A stretch of 64,000 nucleotides of DNA, taken from NCBI GenBank assembly GCA_965219575.1, contig OZ244779.1, forward strand, positions 1,580,769 to 1,644,768, read 5' to 3'. Each line of letters opens with the position of its first letter. Within the stretch, counting starts at the first letter, position 1. Of this stretch, positions 1 to 9,716 are shown piece by piece. Both the position numbers and the translations under genes were made by a program. This stretch comes from Candidatus Oxydemutatoraceae bacterium. GTDB taxonomy: Bacteria; Pseudomonadota; Gammaproteobacteria; Poriferisulfidales; Oxydemutatoraceae. The notes beneath the pieces are model-generated. The model was not told where the DNA came from. It saw only the letters and a list, made by a program, of their open reading frames with translations, and did no database searches.

Positions 1-312
1 CGATACCGAAGTAAAACATTGTATACCATTTGATGCGTTTGCGTGCCGATTTATGACACTCTTCAGCTCGGCGACAGGCAAAGCGTATATAGAGTCGGGT
101 TCTGCCAAATACCAATGATCAATCAAAGGGGTTACGATTTTAGTCACATTGTCCACATCCGCCTCGCAAGGTATCTTGAAATCCTTCATCGGCGTGAACG
201 CCACAATCAAACTCGCCGGAAATAATGCTTCTTTAACAAATCCTTTATAGATACCTATGCCCACCGAAATAAACAAAATCAAACATATCGCAACATCGAC
301 ATAATTCAACAT
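1..312 (-). CDS. Chimeric ORF, open at the window edge: CvpA-like N-terminus fused in frame to a diverged duplicate of folC 3' sequence
   Basis: Not in the ORF track. Manual translation from ATG at 312 gives MLNYVDVAICLILFISVGIGIYKGFVKEAL (CvpA-like N-terminus, in the expected position after dedD), then KDFKIPCEA-DVDNVTKIVTPLIDHWYLAEPDS...NASNGIQCFTSVS, which matches FolC. DNA 1-159 matches 1002-1160, and 160-203 matches 1356-1399. Confidence 0.75.
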   Translation of the reverse strand, partial: MLNYVDVAICLILFISVGIGIYKGFVKEALFPASLIVAFTPMKDFKIPCEADVDNVTKIVTPLIDHWYLAEPDSIYALPVAELKSVINRHANASNGIQCFTSVS

Positions 313-316
313 CGAA

Positions 317-904
317 TCATTCTCTCTCTTTTATAAAGGCATCGGGATAATCTTTTTTGATAAGTTCCGCTATCTTGCTCAAAGCCTCGTAATCGTCGGA
401 AACTACTTTGACGACATAAATATCACGGCTATCGACCATCTCGGTTTCTATGTTGACGAACACATTCATTGCCTCGATTGCGGTAATTTTTTCGCGTGCC
501 ATCAAAGCATTCTCTTCAACACTAAAACTCCCTACTTGCATCACCCACAGCATGGTAAGTTCGTCATCCGCCGGCTCATCCGATGGTATCTCGGACGACG
601 GGCGGTTTTGTGCGCTTGCGTCGATTGGTTCGGGCGACGCAGTCATACTATCGTTGAATCCTTTAATATCGATCGGTGGTGGCGGTTCCAATAAATCCGC
701 TTGTTTATCGGGCTCGTTGAGAGGCATTGTAAAGCCCTCTTGATGATACTTAAACTTCGGCTTTTGCGGCGCATCGATCTCTATACTTTGCATCGCCCTA
801 TAACCCTCGCCGTCCAATAACAAAGGCAACACGATTACCGCAACCGAAACCAGTACCACCGTACCTAACAATCGCTGCTTGATATGCCGTTCCACCTTAA
901 GCAT
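317..904 (-). CDS. dedD: DedD-like SPOR-domain cell division protein
   Basis: N-terminal KQRLLGTVVLVSVAVIVLPLLLDG transmembrane motif, Pro/acidic linker, C-terminal SPOR motif WVMQVGSFSVEENA; directly downstream of folC. Confidence 0.85.
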   Translation of the reverse strand: MLKVERHIKQRLLGTVVLVSVAVIVLPLLLDGEGYRAMQSIEIDAPQKPKFKYHQEGFTMPLNEPDKQADLLEPPPPIDIKGFNDSMTASPEPIDASAQNRPSSEIPSDEPADDELTMLWVMQVGSFSVEENALMAREKITAIEAMNVFVNIETEMVDSRDIYVVKVVSDDYEALSKIAELIKKDYPDAFIKERE

Positions 905-2189
905 CCAATTCCTTCAGGGCTTCTGCAACGGTCATCGTAGAACCGAAAACGAGTAATTGCTCTCCGTTTTGTATATTGTGTATTGCATAGTTGTATGCCT
1001 CCGATACCGAAGTAAAACATTGTATACCATTCGATGCGTTTGCATGCCGATCTATGACACTTTTTAGCTTGGCGACGGGCAAAGCGTGTGTAGAGTCGGG
1101 TTCCGCCAAATACCAATGATCAATCAAAGGAGCTACGGTTTTAGTCACATTGTCCACATCTTTAGTCGATAGAATTGCAAATACCGCATGCAGTTTGGCA
1201 CCGTTGGTGAAGCTCTTTAGGTTCTGCACCATAACTTCTACACCCTGAGGATTATGACTGATATCGAAAATACCGGTTATCTTTTTAGAATCGACGGTCT
1301 GATATCTAATCTGGAAACGGCCGGGTAAATAAACCGTATTCAATCCCTCTACAACCGCCTCGCGAGGTATCTTGAAATCCTTCGTCAGCGCGAATGTCAT
1401 CAATGCACAACTCGCGTTCTGCAACTGTATATCGCCGAACAACGCCGGCAACGGCAAACCCTCGAAACGACTGTCGGCACTCTCAAAATCCCATCGGTCG
1501 CCGTTTTTGCGGTAACCGAAATTCTCATTGAGTAAATATAAGGGACGATCTTTTTTCAATATCTTAATAGACTCGGGAGGGTTCAAATCGCCGCAAACAC
1601 ACGGCAATCCGGGACGCGTGATGCCGGCTTTTTCACGCCCGATAGATTCTCTGTTATCGCCCAACCACTCGACATGGTCTATGCCGATACCGGTGATGAC
1701 GGCAATATCGGCATCGATGATGTTCACCGCATCCAATCGCCCACCCAAGCCGGTCTCCAGCAAAATGATATCGGGATTATTGAACTTAAAACATTGCAAA
1801 GCTGCCAGCGTACTAAACTCGAAAAAGCTCAGGCTGATGTCGCTGCGCCGTGCTTCTATAAGCTCGAACGCACGACATAACTCGGCATCGTCTATACAGC
1901 GGTTATCGATTTTAATGCGCTCGTTATAGCGATGCATGTGCGGCGAGGTGTAGCTTGCGGTGATATAGCCCGCAGCACGCAACATCGCTTCCAACATTGC
2001 AACCGTCGACCCTTTACCGTTGGTGCCGGCAACCGTTATGACCGTCTGCTCGGGATTCAACAGCTGCATATTTGCGGCGACTTTCTTAACCCGATCCAAA
2101 CCCAGCTCTATTTCTTGAGGGTGGGTTCGTCTATGCTTGTCCAGCCATAGCTCCAATTCTGCCGAATACTTATTTTTCTCGGAACCCAT
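897..2189 (-). CDS. folC: Bifunctional folylpolyglutamate synthase/dihydrofolate synthase
   Basis: ITVAGTNGKGST P-loop, YTSPH, LETGLGGRLDAVN, IGIDHVEWLG, FGS motifs; follows accD. Confidence 0.97.
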   Translation of the reverse strand: MGSEKNKYSAELELWLDKHRRTHPQEIELGLDRVKKVAANMQLLNPEQTVITVAGTNGKGSTVAMLEAMLRAAGYITASYTSPHMHRYNERIKIDNRCIDDAELCRAFELIEARRSDISLSFFEFSTLAALQCFKFNNPDIILLETGLGGRLDAVNIIDADIAVITGIGIDHVEWLGDNRESIGREKAGITRPGLPCVCGDLNPPESIKILKKDRPLYLLNENFGYRKNGDRWDFESADSRFEGLPLPALFGDIQLQNASCALMTFALTKDFKIPREAVVEGLNTVYLPGRFQIRYQTVDSKKITGIFDISHNPQGVEVMVQNLKSFTNGAKLHAVFAILSTKDVDNVTKTVAPLIDHWYLAEPDSTHALPVAKLKSVIDRHANASNGIQCFTSVSEAYNYAIHNIQNGEQLLVFGSTMTVAEALKELDA

Positions 2190-2197
2190 GCTCGCGT

Positions 2198-3049
2198 TCA
2201 GTATTTCATCAGCAATGCAAGTATATTTGCAACTCGTTCTCGCATTTCTTTACGATCCACGATCATATCTATCGCACCGTGTTTCAATAAAAACTCGCTA
2301 CGCTGAAACCCCTCGGGCAACGTCTGCTTGACGGTTTGTTCAATCACTCTAGGACCGGCAAAGCCTACCAAAGCCTTAGGTTCGGCAATAATCACATCAC
2401 CGAGCATCGCCAAGCTGGCGGATACACCGCCCATCGTCGGGTCGCACAACACCGAAATAAACGGGATGCGCTGTGCCGACAACTTTGCCAATGCGGCACT
2501 GGTTTTAGCCATTTGAAACAGAGAGACCAAAGACTCTTGCATGCGCGCCCCACCACTCGTCGAGAAGCATACCAGCGGTGCGCGTATCTCCACCGATTGT
2601 TCAACCGCACGCTTAAAGAGTTCACCGACCACCGCGCCCATAGAACCCCCTATAAAACTGAAATCGAATGCGGCTACGACGACCGGCTTGGACCTCAGTT
2701 CACCTTGATATACGACGAGCGCGTCGCGCTCGGAGGTGCTTTTATAAGCTGCCGTATAACGCTCCTTATAACGTTTCTTATCCTTGAATTTCAGAAAATC
2801 GGTAGGTCCTATGGTGCCGCTCAACTCTACGCGTGCTTCTGCGTCTAAAAATAAATCAATGCGTGTTCTGGCGGAGAGCCTGATATGGTGTCCGCATTTC
2901 GGACAAACATAAAAGCTCTTTTTTAACTCGGGTTGATACAAAACAGCTTGACACGCCGGGCATTTATCCCATAACCCTTCCGGTATTTTGCGATTGTCTT
3001 TACGGGCGGTGCGTATACGCGAAGGTATTAATTTTTCAAACCAGCTCAT
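2198..3049 (-). CDS. accD: Acetyl-CoA carboxylase carboxyltransferase beta subunit
   Basis: [11 protein letters not shown]...CPKC zinc finger, [24 protein letters not shown]. Confidence 0.98.
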   Translation of the reverse strand: MSWFEKLIPSRIRTARKDNRKIPEGLWDKCPACQAVLYQPELKKSFYVCPKCGHHIRLSARTRIDLFLDAEARVELSGTIGPTDFLKFKDKKRYKERYTAAYKSTSERDALVVYQGELRSKPVVVAAFDFSFIGGSMGAVVGELFKRAVEQSVEIRAPLVCFSTSGGARMQESLVSLFQMAKTSAALAKLSAQRIPFISVLCDPTMGGVSASLAMLGDVIIAEPKALVGFAGPRVIEQTVKQTLPEGFQRSEFLLKHGAIDMIVDRKEMRERVANILALLMKY

Positions 3050-3069
3050 TTTCTATCTTTATAATCACG

Positions 3070-3876
3070 CTATTCGGCATCGATGGCACTGCGCAATGCG
3101 GCAACGAAATCGGCTACCTCCAGTCGATAATCGGTATCGGCATGTTGCGCTACGATGCGCACAATCGCACTGCCCACCACAACGGCATCCGCCAATCGTG
3201 CAACTTGCCTCGCGTGTTGCGCGTCGTGTATCCCGAACCCCACCGCCGTCGGTATCGTTATTATATTCTTAAAGTGCTCGACCTTGTCGGCTATCTGTTC
3301 CAAGTCTATGTGCTTGGCACCGGTCACACCTTTCAAAGACACATAGTAAAGGAACCCGCTCGCCACTTGCGCAATGCGTTTTAGGCGATCGTCGGTCGTC
3401 GTAGGCGACACCAAAAAAATGATGTCCAAAGCCTCGTGTTCGGTTGCCTTCAGTAGCGTGGCGGCTTCTTCAACCGGCAAATCAACGACCAATACACCGT
3501 CGACACCCGCTTTTACCGCAGATTCTACGAACTGTATCTCTCCCATCGCTTCGATGGGATTTTGATAGGTCATCAAGACAACGGGTGTGTCGTTATTCTT
3601 TAGTCTGAACTCGGCAACCGTATCGATTACATCGTGTAGACTAGTCCGATGGTGTAATGCGCGCTCGCCGGCAGCTTGTATGACCGGCCCGTCCGCCATC
3701 GGGTCCGAAAAGGGAACGCCCAGCTCTATTAAATCGCCGCCGTTTTCGACCAATGTGTGCATCAACGGCACGCTCGCATCGGGGTTCGGGTCGCCGGCCA
3801 TAATATAAGGTATCAACGCCGTACGACCCGACGCTGCCAATGAGTCAAAACATGTGCCGATGCGGGTTTTAGCCAT
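3070..3876 (-). CDS. trpA: Tryptophan synthase alpha chain
   Basis: IELGVPFSDPMADGPVIQ, YYVSLKGVTG, VGFGI, VVVGSAIV. Confidence 0.98.
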   Translation of the reverse strand: MAKTRIGTCFDSLAASGRTALIPYIMAGDPNPDASVPLMHTLVENGGDLIELGVPFSDPMADGPVIQAAGERALHHRTSLHDVIDTVAEFRLKNNDTPVVLMTYQNPIEAMGEIQFVESAVKAGVDGVLVVDLPVEEAATLLKATEHEALDIIFLVSPTTTDDRLKRIAQVASGFLYYVSLKGVTGAKHIDLEQIADKVEHFKNIITIPTAVGFGIHDAQHARQVARLADAVVVGSAIVRIVAQHADTDYRLEVADFVAALRSAIDAE

Positions 3877-3881
3877 TCGTT

Positions 3882-5072
3882 TTAGACGAAGCTACGAACC
3901 GTCTCTAAATCTTTATCCCCTCTTCCCGATAAATTGACAACGATCGCATCGGTATTGGTATAGCGTTTTGCAAGCTGCGTGGTATAAGCTAAAGCATGGC
4001 TGGTTTCTAGAGCGGGGATAATACCTTCGCAACGGGTTAATTGATGAAATGCTTCCAATGCTTCGCGGTCGGTCACGGTAACATAAGAGACCCTGCCGGT
4101 ATCCTTCAGCCAGGCGTGTTCGGGACCGACACCGGGATAATCCAAACCCGCCGAGACCGAATGTGCCGGCAGTATCTGCCCGTCGTTATCCTCCAGTAAA
4201 TAAGTGCGGTTACCATGCAACACGCCGGGTTTGCCCGCACTGAGCGATGCCGAATGTCTATTGCCTTCCAGACCTTCGCCGCCGGCTTCTACACCGTACA
4301 ATTCGACGGCTTCGTCACCCAGAAAAGCATGGAATAAACCCAGCGCATTGGAACCACCGCCGACACAAGCGAGCAACGCACTCGGCAATGCGCCGGTCAA
4401 TTCCACAATCTGTTGTCTGGTCTCGCGTCCTATTACCGATTGGAAATGGCGCACCATCGTCGGATAAGGGTGGGGTCCTGCAACTGTCCCGATAATATAA
4501 AAGGTTTGATCCACATAGGTCACCCAATCACGCATCGCCTCGTTGAGCGCATCTTTTAAGGTATGCGAACCGCTGTCTACCGGAACGACCTCGGCTCCGA
4601 GCAATTCCATACGATACACATTGGGTTTTTGTCGTTTGATGTCTTCGCTACCCATATAGACAACACATTCCAAACCCAAACGCGCAGCGACCGTCGCCGT
4701 TGCAACACCGTGCTGACCGGCACCGGTCTCGGCAATAATCCGTTTTTTACCCATGCGCTTGGCAAGCAGAGCCTGACCCAAGGCACTGTTGATCTTATGG
4801 GCACCGGTGTGATTCAGATCCTCTCGTTTCAAGTAAATTTGCGCACCTCCTAAAATCTCGCTCCAATGCGCCGCAAGATAAAGCGGACTCGGCCTGCCTA
4901 CATAGTCGCGCAAATCGTTTTCGTATTCGGCGATGAAATCGGCATCGTCTTTATAACGCAAATAAGCAGCCTCCAACTCTTCTAAAGGCCACATCAAGGT
5001 CTCCGAGACAAAGCGCCCTCCGTAAGGACCGAAATGTCCCGATGTATCGGTCTTTTGTTCCTGTGTTTCCAT
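3882..5072 (-). CDS. trpB: Tryptophan synthase beta chain
   Basis: [15 protein letters not shown] (PLP lysine), [33 protein letters not shown]. Confidence 0.98.
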   Translation of the reverse strand: METQEQKTDTSGHFGPYGGRFVSETLMWPLEELEAAYLRYKDDADFIAEYENDLRDYVGRPSPLYLAAHWSEILGGAQIYLKREDLNHTGAHKINSALGQALLAKRMGKKRIIAETGAGQHGVATATVAARLGLECVVYMGSEDIKRQKPNVYRMELLGAEVVPVDSGSHTLKDALNEAMRDWVTYVDQTFYIIGTVAGPHPYPTMVRHFQSVIGRETRQQIVELTGALPSALLACVGGGSNALGLFHAFLGDEAVELYGVEAGGEGLEGNRHSASLSAGKPGVLHGNRTYLLEDNDGQILPAHSVSAGLDYPGVGPEHAWLKDTGRVSYVTVTDREALEAFHQLTRCEGIIPALETSHALAYTTQLAKRYTNTDAIVVNLSGRGDKDLETVRSFV

Positions 5073-5329
5073 ATTGATTTTAAGGTAAATATAAACTTCC
5101 GATTATTATATAGCCTCTATGCGATTTTTCCATATTTGTATACGTTTGTGCTACTGATTACGCAAACCATCATTCCTCCCCAAGGAAAAGAAATAATCCG
5201 CCCGAACACACTATTTTCCAACATTTCATACCATTCATCGGATATTTACTACTGTTCATCCATTTGTCTAAAAACATCCCGAATATTTGCGCAAACTATG
5301 GGTTTTAACTAAAACTTACAGGAGATTTC

Positions 5330-6274
5330 ATGGCAAAAGAACAACCTAAATATTTACCGTTGACAAAAGACATTGCCTTTAAACTCTACTTTACCGGCAA
5401 CAAGCGATTACTGCTCTCGCTCATTAAAAGCTTTTTGCCAATCTCCGATAATGTCTCGGATGTCAATGTCCTAAACCTCAAAACTTCTGCCACTTCTACA
5501 AAAGCAACCGAACAACAGCAGTGGCAATCAAGCGATAAACTATGGCTCAAAGACACCTCCATTCCACCAAACAAACCACACGGCAAACAAGTCGTCCTCG
5601 ACCTCAGCGTCAAATTAAGTGGCGGAGAGAATGTCAACATAGAAATGCAAGTCGCCTTCCAAAAAAACTTCCTACTGAGAATGTTCGCCTATTGGGCTTT
5701 GCTGTTTATTCAAGACCTAGACCGTGGCGACGACTATGCAAACCTCAACCCGACCTACTCGTTGGGATTTACCGAGTTCACGGTATTCAAAGGAAAGCAC
5801 AACTTTATCACTGAAATAGGATTTGTAGACCGCAACGAGATAGAATACCATTTTGATATCGGTGCAAAGATTGTCATAGTGGAATTGAATAAGTTCAAGA
5901 AGAGCTATCGCAGTCTTGTTGATATGAAGGATAGGTGGTGCTATATTATTAAGCACTCGGCGGAATTGACCCCCGAGCAAGTAGCGTATTTATCACAAGA
6001 CGGAGAGACGAAAATGATATTAGAACATTTAGAAGAGATATCAAAAAACAAAGAATCACACTGGGAGACTATAGATCGTATGAAGTATGAGATAGGAATT
6101 CAGCTGGAGAGGCGAGGCGCGTTAAAGGAAGGTCTGACAAAAGGCATGGAGGAAGGACAACGAGAAATCGCCTTAAATATGCTGCAAAAAGGTTATGAGG
6201 TTTTGGAGATTTCCCAAGTCACAGGTTTATCTGTCCCCGAAATTAAAAAGCTAAAGGATAGAACCGCCGATTGA
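5330..6274 (+). CDS. Rpn family recombination-promoting nuclease / PD-(D/E)XK putative transposase
   Basis: N-terminal DIAFKLYF, catalytic-like LDLSVK...NIEMQV, IVELNKF, and C-terminal EGLTKGMEEGQREIALNML...ISQVTGLS typical of the family; AGGAG RBS upstream; AT-richer than neighbouring genes. Confidence 0.88.
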   Translation: MAKEQPKYLPLTKDIAFKLYFTGNKRLLLSLIKSFLPISDNVSDVNVLNLKTSATSTKATEQQQWQSSDKLWLKDTSIPPNKPHGKQVVLDLSVKLSGGENVNIEMQVAFQKNFLLRMFAYWALLFIQDLDRGDDYANLNPTYSLGFTEFTVFKGKHNFITEIGFVDRNEIEYHFDIGAKIVIVELNKFKKSYRSLVDMKDRWCYIIKHSAELTPEQVAYLSQDGETKMILEHLEEISKNKESHWETIDRMKYEIGIQLERRGALKEGLTKGMEEGQREIALNMLQKGYEVLEISQVTGLSVPEIKKLKDRTAD

Positions 6275-6311
6275 GCTAGTAGGTCAATCGGCGTGATGTT
6301 ATGCAGAACCT
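6259..6311 (+). repeat. Hairpin repeat element (TAGAACC-CCGATTGA-loop-TCAATCGG-CGTGA...) overlapping the rpn stop codon
   Basis: TAGAACCGCCGATTGAGCTAGTAGGTCAATCGGCGTGATGTTATGCAGA; closely matches the minus-strand sequence starting at the giant-gene stop codon (16563 downward). Confidence 0.8.
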
Positions 6312-6431
6312 TAGCGTGGGTATGTAGGTCGAACAGTAGGATCTGTTCTTATAAGTCCAAAGTGGTTGGATTGTATAATGACGATACTTTTTCAACAGCC
6401 TCGCTGCACTGCACCGATGCATTCAGTGCGC

Positions 6432-7067
6432 TCAGCCGGATCGCTTTGAGTCGGCACGCAGTACCGCTTGAGCGAAAGCACGCATCAATGCCGGGGCTTT
6501 GACTCCGACGGTTGATTCAACCCCGCTACTAACATCCACACCTTGCGGGCGGCATTGTTCAATCGCTTGTGCTACATTTTCGGGATTCAATCCCCCGGCA
6601 ACGAATATTGACGCATTGATCTTGGAAAAATCTCGCCAATCAAAAGCAATTCCTCCACCACCGGGCATTCCGATACGATGACCATCGAGCAACAGTATAT
6701 CGGCACTATTACGGTGCGCTTCTATCATTTCGTTTGCTTGTGCTTCGTCCGCCATAGGTATCGCTTTGATATAAGGTAAGGAAAACGAAGTACAAAACGC
6801 CACCGACTCGGTGCCGTGAAACTGTATATAATCGACATCGATCCGCTCGACTATGTCGGCGATAAAATCAGGGTCGGCATCCATGAACAGTGCTGCTACT
6901 TTTACCGATTTATCGGCTTTGTGCATTAGGCTTTGTGCATGGGCAATATCGATATAGCGAGGACTCGCCTCGTAGAAAACCAGCCCCACGATATCCGCAC
7001 CCAATGATGCCGCATAAGCGAAATCGGACTGCTTGTTTATACCGCAGAATTTAATACGGGTGCGCAC
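6432..7067 (-). CDS. trpF: Phosphoribosylanthranilate isomerase
   Basis: RIKFCGI, GLVFYEASPR, QFHGTE, GGGGIAFDW, VAGGLNPENV, DVSSGVE. Likely start is the GTG at 7067, one base after the alaS stop; the ORF-track extension to 7205 overlaps alaS. Confidence 0.93.
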   Translation of the reverse strand: MRTRIKFCGINKQSDFAYAASLGADIVGLVFYEASPRYIDIAHAQSLMHKADKSVKVAALFMDADPDFIADIVERIDVDYIQFHGTESVAFCTSFSLPYIKAIPMADEAQANEMIEAHRNSADILLLDGHRIGMPGGGGIAFDWRDFSKINASIFVAGGLNPENVAQAIEQCRPQGVDVSSGVESTVGVKAPALMRAFAQAVLRADSKRSG

Positions 7068-7068
7068 C

Positions 7069-9666
7069 TCAAGCTGCCAGATGCTTGCGCACCCATTCGG
7101 GAACCGATGCCAATGCTTTGTCCAAAGCTGCCGGATTTTTACCGCCGGCTTCCGCCATATCGTCGCGCCCGCCGCCTTTGCCGTCGATCTGCGATGCGAT
7201 TGCATTAATCAACCGATGCGCCGAGATGCGGCCTACGCAACTTTTGCTAACGCCGGCAATCAGTATCGCCTTATCATCTTTCTCGGCACCCAAAATGACC
7301 GCTGCATCTCCGAGCTTCATTTTCATTTGATCGACGAGCTTGCGCATTATTTTTGCATCGGCGTGTTCAACCCGTGATGCCACAACTTGTATGCCTCCTA
7401 TCTCCTGTGCTTTAGAGAGCAACGCGCCATCACCGTCGGCAGTGGTTGCCAGCTTTTCTATCTCTTTCTTGAGCTGTTTATTCGTTTGTAGCAACTGCTT
7501 GACTTTGTCGGTGATTTCGGTAGCCGAAGTTTTTAATAACGACTGCAATGTCTCTAAACACAAGTCGTCCGCTTGCATTCGTGCTATCGCCGCTTCGCCG
7601 GTGACCGCTTCTATACGGCGCACCCCCGCCGCAACACCGCCTTCCGAGACAATCTTGAACAAGCCGATATCGCCGGTTCTATCTATATGTGTGCCACCGC
7701 ACAGTTCGGTAGAAAAATCCCCCATTTCGATCACTCGCACCGTCTCGCCGTATTTTTCTCCGAACAACGCAAGTGCGCCGCGCTTCATCGCTTCGTCTTT
7801 AGGCATAACTTCATCTTCGGTCTTGATGTTTAGGCGTATTTGCTCGTTGACGATTTGTTCTATGCGCTTAATCTCTTCGTCGGTCACTGCGACAGGATGC
7901 GAAAAATCAAAACGCAAATGTGTATCGGTTACCAAAGAGCCTTTTTGTGCGACACCCTCACCCAATACCAGTCTCAGTGCCGCGTGTACTAAGTGGGTTG
8001 CCGAGTGATTCAATACGATAGCCTGTCTGCGCACATCGTCTATGCACGCCTGCACCGAATCACCGACGGTCAAAGTCCCTCGTCTGAGAATGCCTATGTG
8101 CTTATGATAATCACCCTGCTTTTGTGTATCCTCCACCTCGAACAGTGCCGAATCCGACTCCAATCGCCCTATATCACCGACTTGCCCTCCCGACTCGGCA
8201 TAAAACGGGGTGCTGTCCAATAATATCGTTGCCGACTCTCCGGCATCGATCGACCGGACTTTTTGTCCGTTGCAAAAGATCTCCTTGACGGTACTCTGCT
8301 CCAGAGTTTTCCGATAACCACTGAAAGCCTGTGCCGGTAAGGTAATATCCAATATCTCGGTGTTGTCCACGAAGCAACTCGCCCGTTTAGCTTGCGTGCG
8401 TTGCTCGTCCATCAAACGATTGAAAGCGACACGATCTACCTTCAGGTTATGTTCGCGAGCAATATCCTCGGTAATATCCAACGGAAAACCGTAAGTATCG
8501 TAGAGCTTAAATGCGATATCACCCGCCAAAACATCAGACGACATCTCCTTGATGTGGTCTTCCAGAATACTCAAACCTACATTCAAAGTCGCACCGAAAC
8601 GTAGTTCTTCTTTTTTTAAGGTTTCCACTATATGTGTTTGTTTTTCCTTTAATATCGGATACGCGTCAGCCATATTTTTTACCAGCGGCAACACCAATTT
8701 ATGAAAGAAAGGCTCCGTTATGCCGAGCTTATGACCGTAGCGTAAGGCGCGACGAATAATCCGCCGTAATACATAGCCTCGTCCTTCCTTCGACGGCACG
8801 ACACCGTCGACAATCAAAAAACTGCCGGAGCGAAGATGGTCGGCAATCACTTTCTGAGAAACATCGCCCAGATGCTCGGCGGAACTCAGATTTGCGACCG
8901 CCTCGATCAGAGGTAAAAACAAATCGGTTTTATAATTATCATGTTCGCCTTGCATCACCGCAGCGATACGCTCGAGCCCCATGCCGGTATCTACCGAGGG
9001 CTTCGGCAAATCCGACAATTCGCCGGCAGCATTGCGCTCGTACTGCATGAACACAAGATTCCACAATTCTACATAGCGATCGCCGTCCTGTTCGGCAGTG
9101 CCGGGCGCACCGCCGGCAATCTGCTCGCCATGGTCGTAGAATATCTCGGTACAAGGACCGCACGGACCTACCTCACCCATTGCCCAGAAGTTGTCGCGCT
9201 CGCCGATGCGCACCAAACGCTCGGGTTTAATTCCTATATCCTTAAGCCAAATATCGGCAGCTTCGTCGTCTTTCTCAAAAACCGTAACCCATAGCCTGTC
9301 TACCGGCAACGCCAACACATCGTCGATATACTCCCACGCATAGGCAATCGCTTCGCGCTTGAAATAATCGCCGAAACTGAAATTGCCGAGCATTTCAAAG
9401 AATGTGTGGTGGCGATAGGTATAGCCGACATTCTCTAAATCGTTGTGCTTGCCACCTGCCCGGATGCAACGTTGGCTGGTGACCGCCCGTCGATACGGTG
9501 CTTGCGCTTTACCCAAAAAAATATCCTTAAACTGCACCATCCCGGCATTGGTGAACAACAACGTCGGGTCGTTGGCGGGTACAAGCGGGCTCGAAGGCAC
9601 GATATTATGTTCCTTTGCCTCGAAAAAATCTAAAAAAGATTGCCTGATATCGTTTGCGGTTTTCAT
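7069..9666 (-). CDS. alaS: Alanine--tRNA ligase
   Basis: DPTLLFTNAGM, HHTFFEMLGNFSFGDYFK, DTGMGLER, editing-domain HSATH and ELCGGTH, C-terminal GKGGGR. Confidence 0.99.
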   Translation of the reverse strand: MKTANDIRQSFLDFFEAKEHNIVPSSPLVPANDPTLLFTNAGMVQFKDIFLGKAQAPYRRAVTSQRCIRAGGKHNDLENVGYTYRHHTFFEMLGNFSFGDYFKREAIAYAWEYIDDVLALPVDRLWVTVFEKDDEAADIWLKDIGIKPERLVRIGERDNFWAMGEVGPCGPCTEIFYDHGEQIAGGAPGTAEQDGDRYVELWNLVFMQYERNAAGELSDLPKPSVDTGMGLERIAAVMQGEHDNYKTDLFLPLIEAVANLSSAEHLGDVSQKVIADHLRSGSFLIVDGVVPSKEGRGYVLRRIIRRALRYGHKLGITEPFFHKLVLPLVKNMADAYPILKEKQTHIVETLKKEELRFGATLNVGLSILEDHIKEMSSDVLAGDIAFKLYDTYGFPLDITEDIAREHNLKVDRVAFNRLMDEQRTQAKRASCFVDNTEILDITLPAQAFSGYRKTLEQSTVKEIFCNGQKVRSIDAGESATILLDSTPFYAESGGQVGDIGRLESDSALFEVEDTQKQGDYHKHIGILRRGTLTVGDSVQACIDDVRRQAIVLNHSATHLVHAALRLVLGEGVAQKGSLVTDTHLRFDFSHPVAVTDEEIKRIEQIVNEQIRLNIKTEDEVMPKDEAMKRGALALFGEKYGETVRVIEMGDFSTELCGGTHIDRTGDIGLFKIVSEGGVAAGVRRIEAVTGEAAIARMQADDLCLETLQSLLKTSATEITDKVKQLLQTNKQLKKEIEKLATTADGDGALLSKAQEIGGIQVVASRVEHADAKIMRKLVDQMKMKLGDAAVILGAEKDDKAILIAGVSKSCVGRISAHRLINAIASQIDGKGGGRDDMAEAGGKNPAALDKALASVPEWVRKHLAA

Positions 9667-9716
9667 AAGTTACCTGTTTAGGGGGTATGGATATTTGTGC
9701 CCTAGCATAACACATA

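Noticed and set aside
43-225. 60-aa plus-strand ORF at the left edge
   Set aside because: Antisense to the cvpA'-'folC chimeric frame, with no recognisable features.
6406-6429. GCACTG...CAGTGC inverted repeat after the trpF stop as an intrinsic terminator
   Set aside because: Short stem, long loop and no adjacent U-tract; too weak to call.
7068-7205. N-terminal extension of trpF in the ORF track
   Set aside because: It overlaps the alaS 3' end; TrpF similarity starts at the GTG at 7067.
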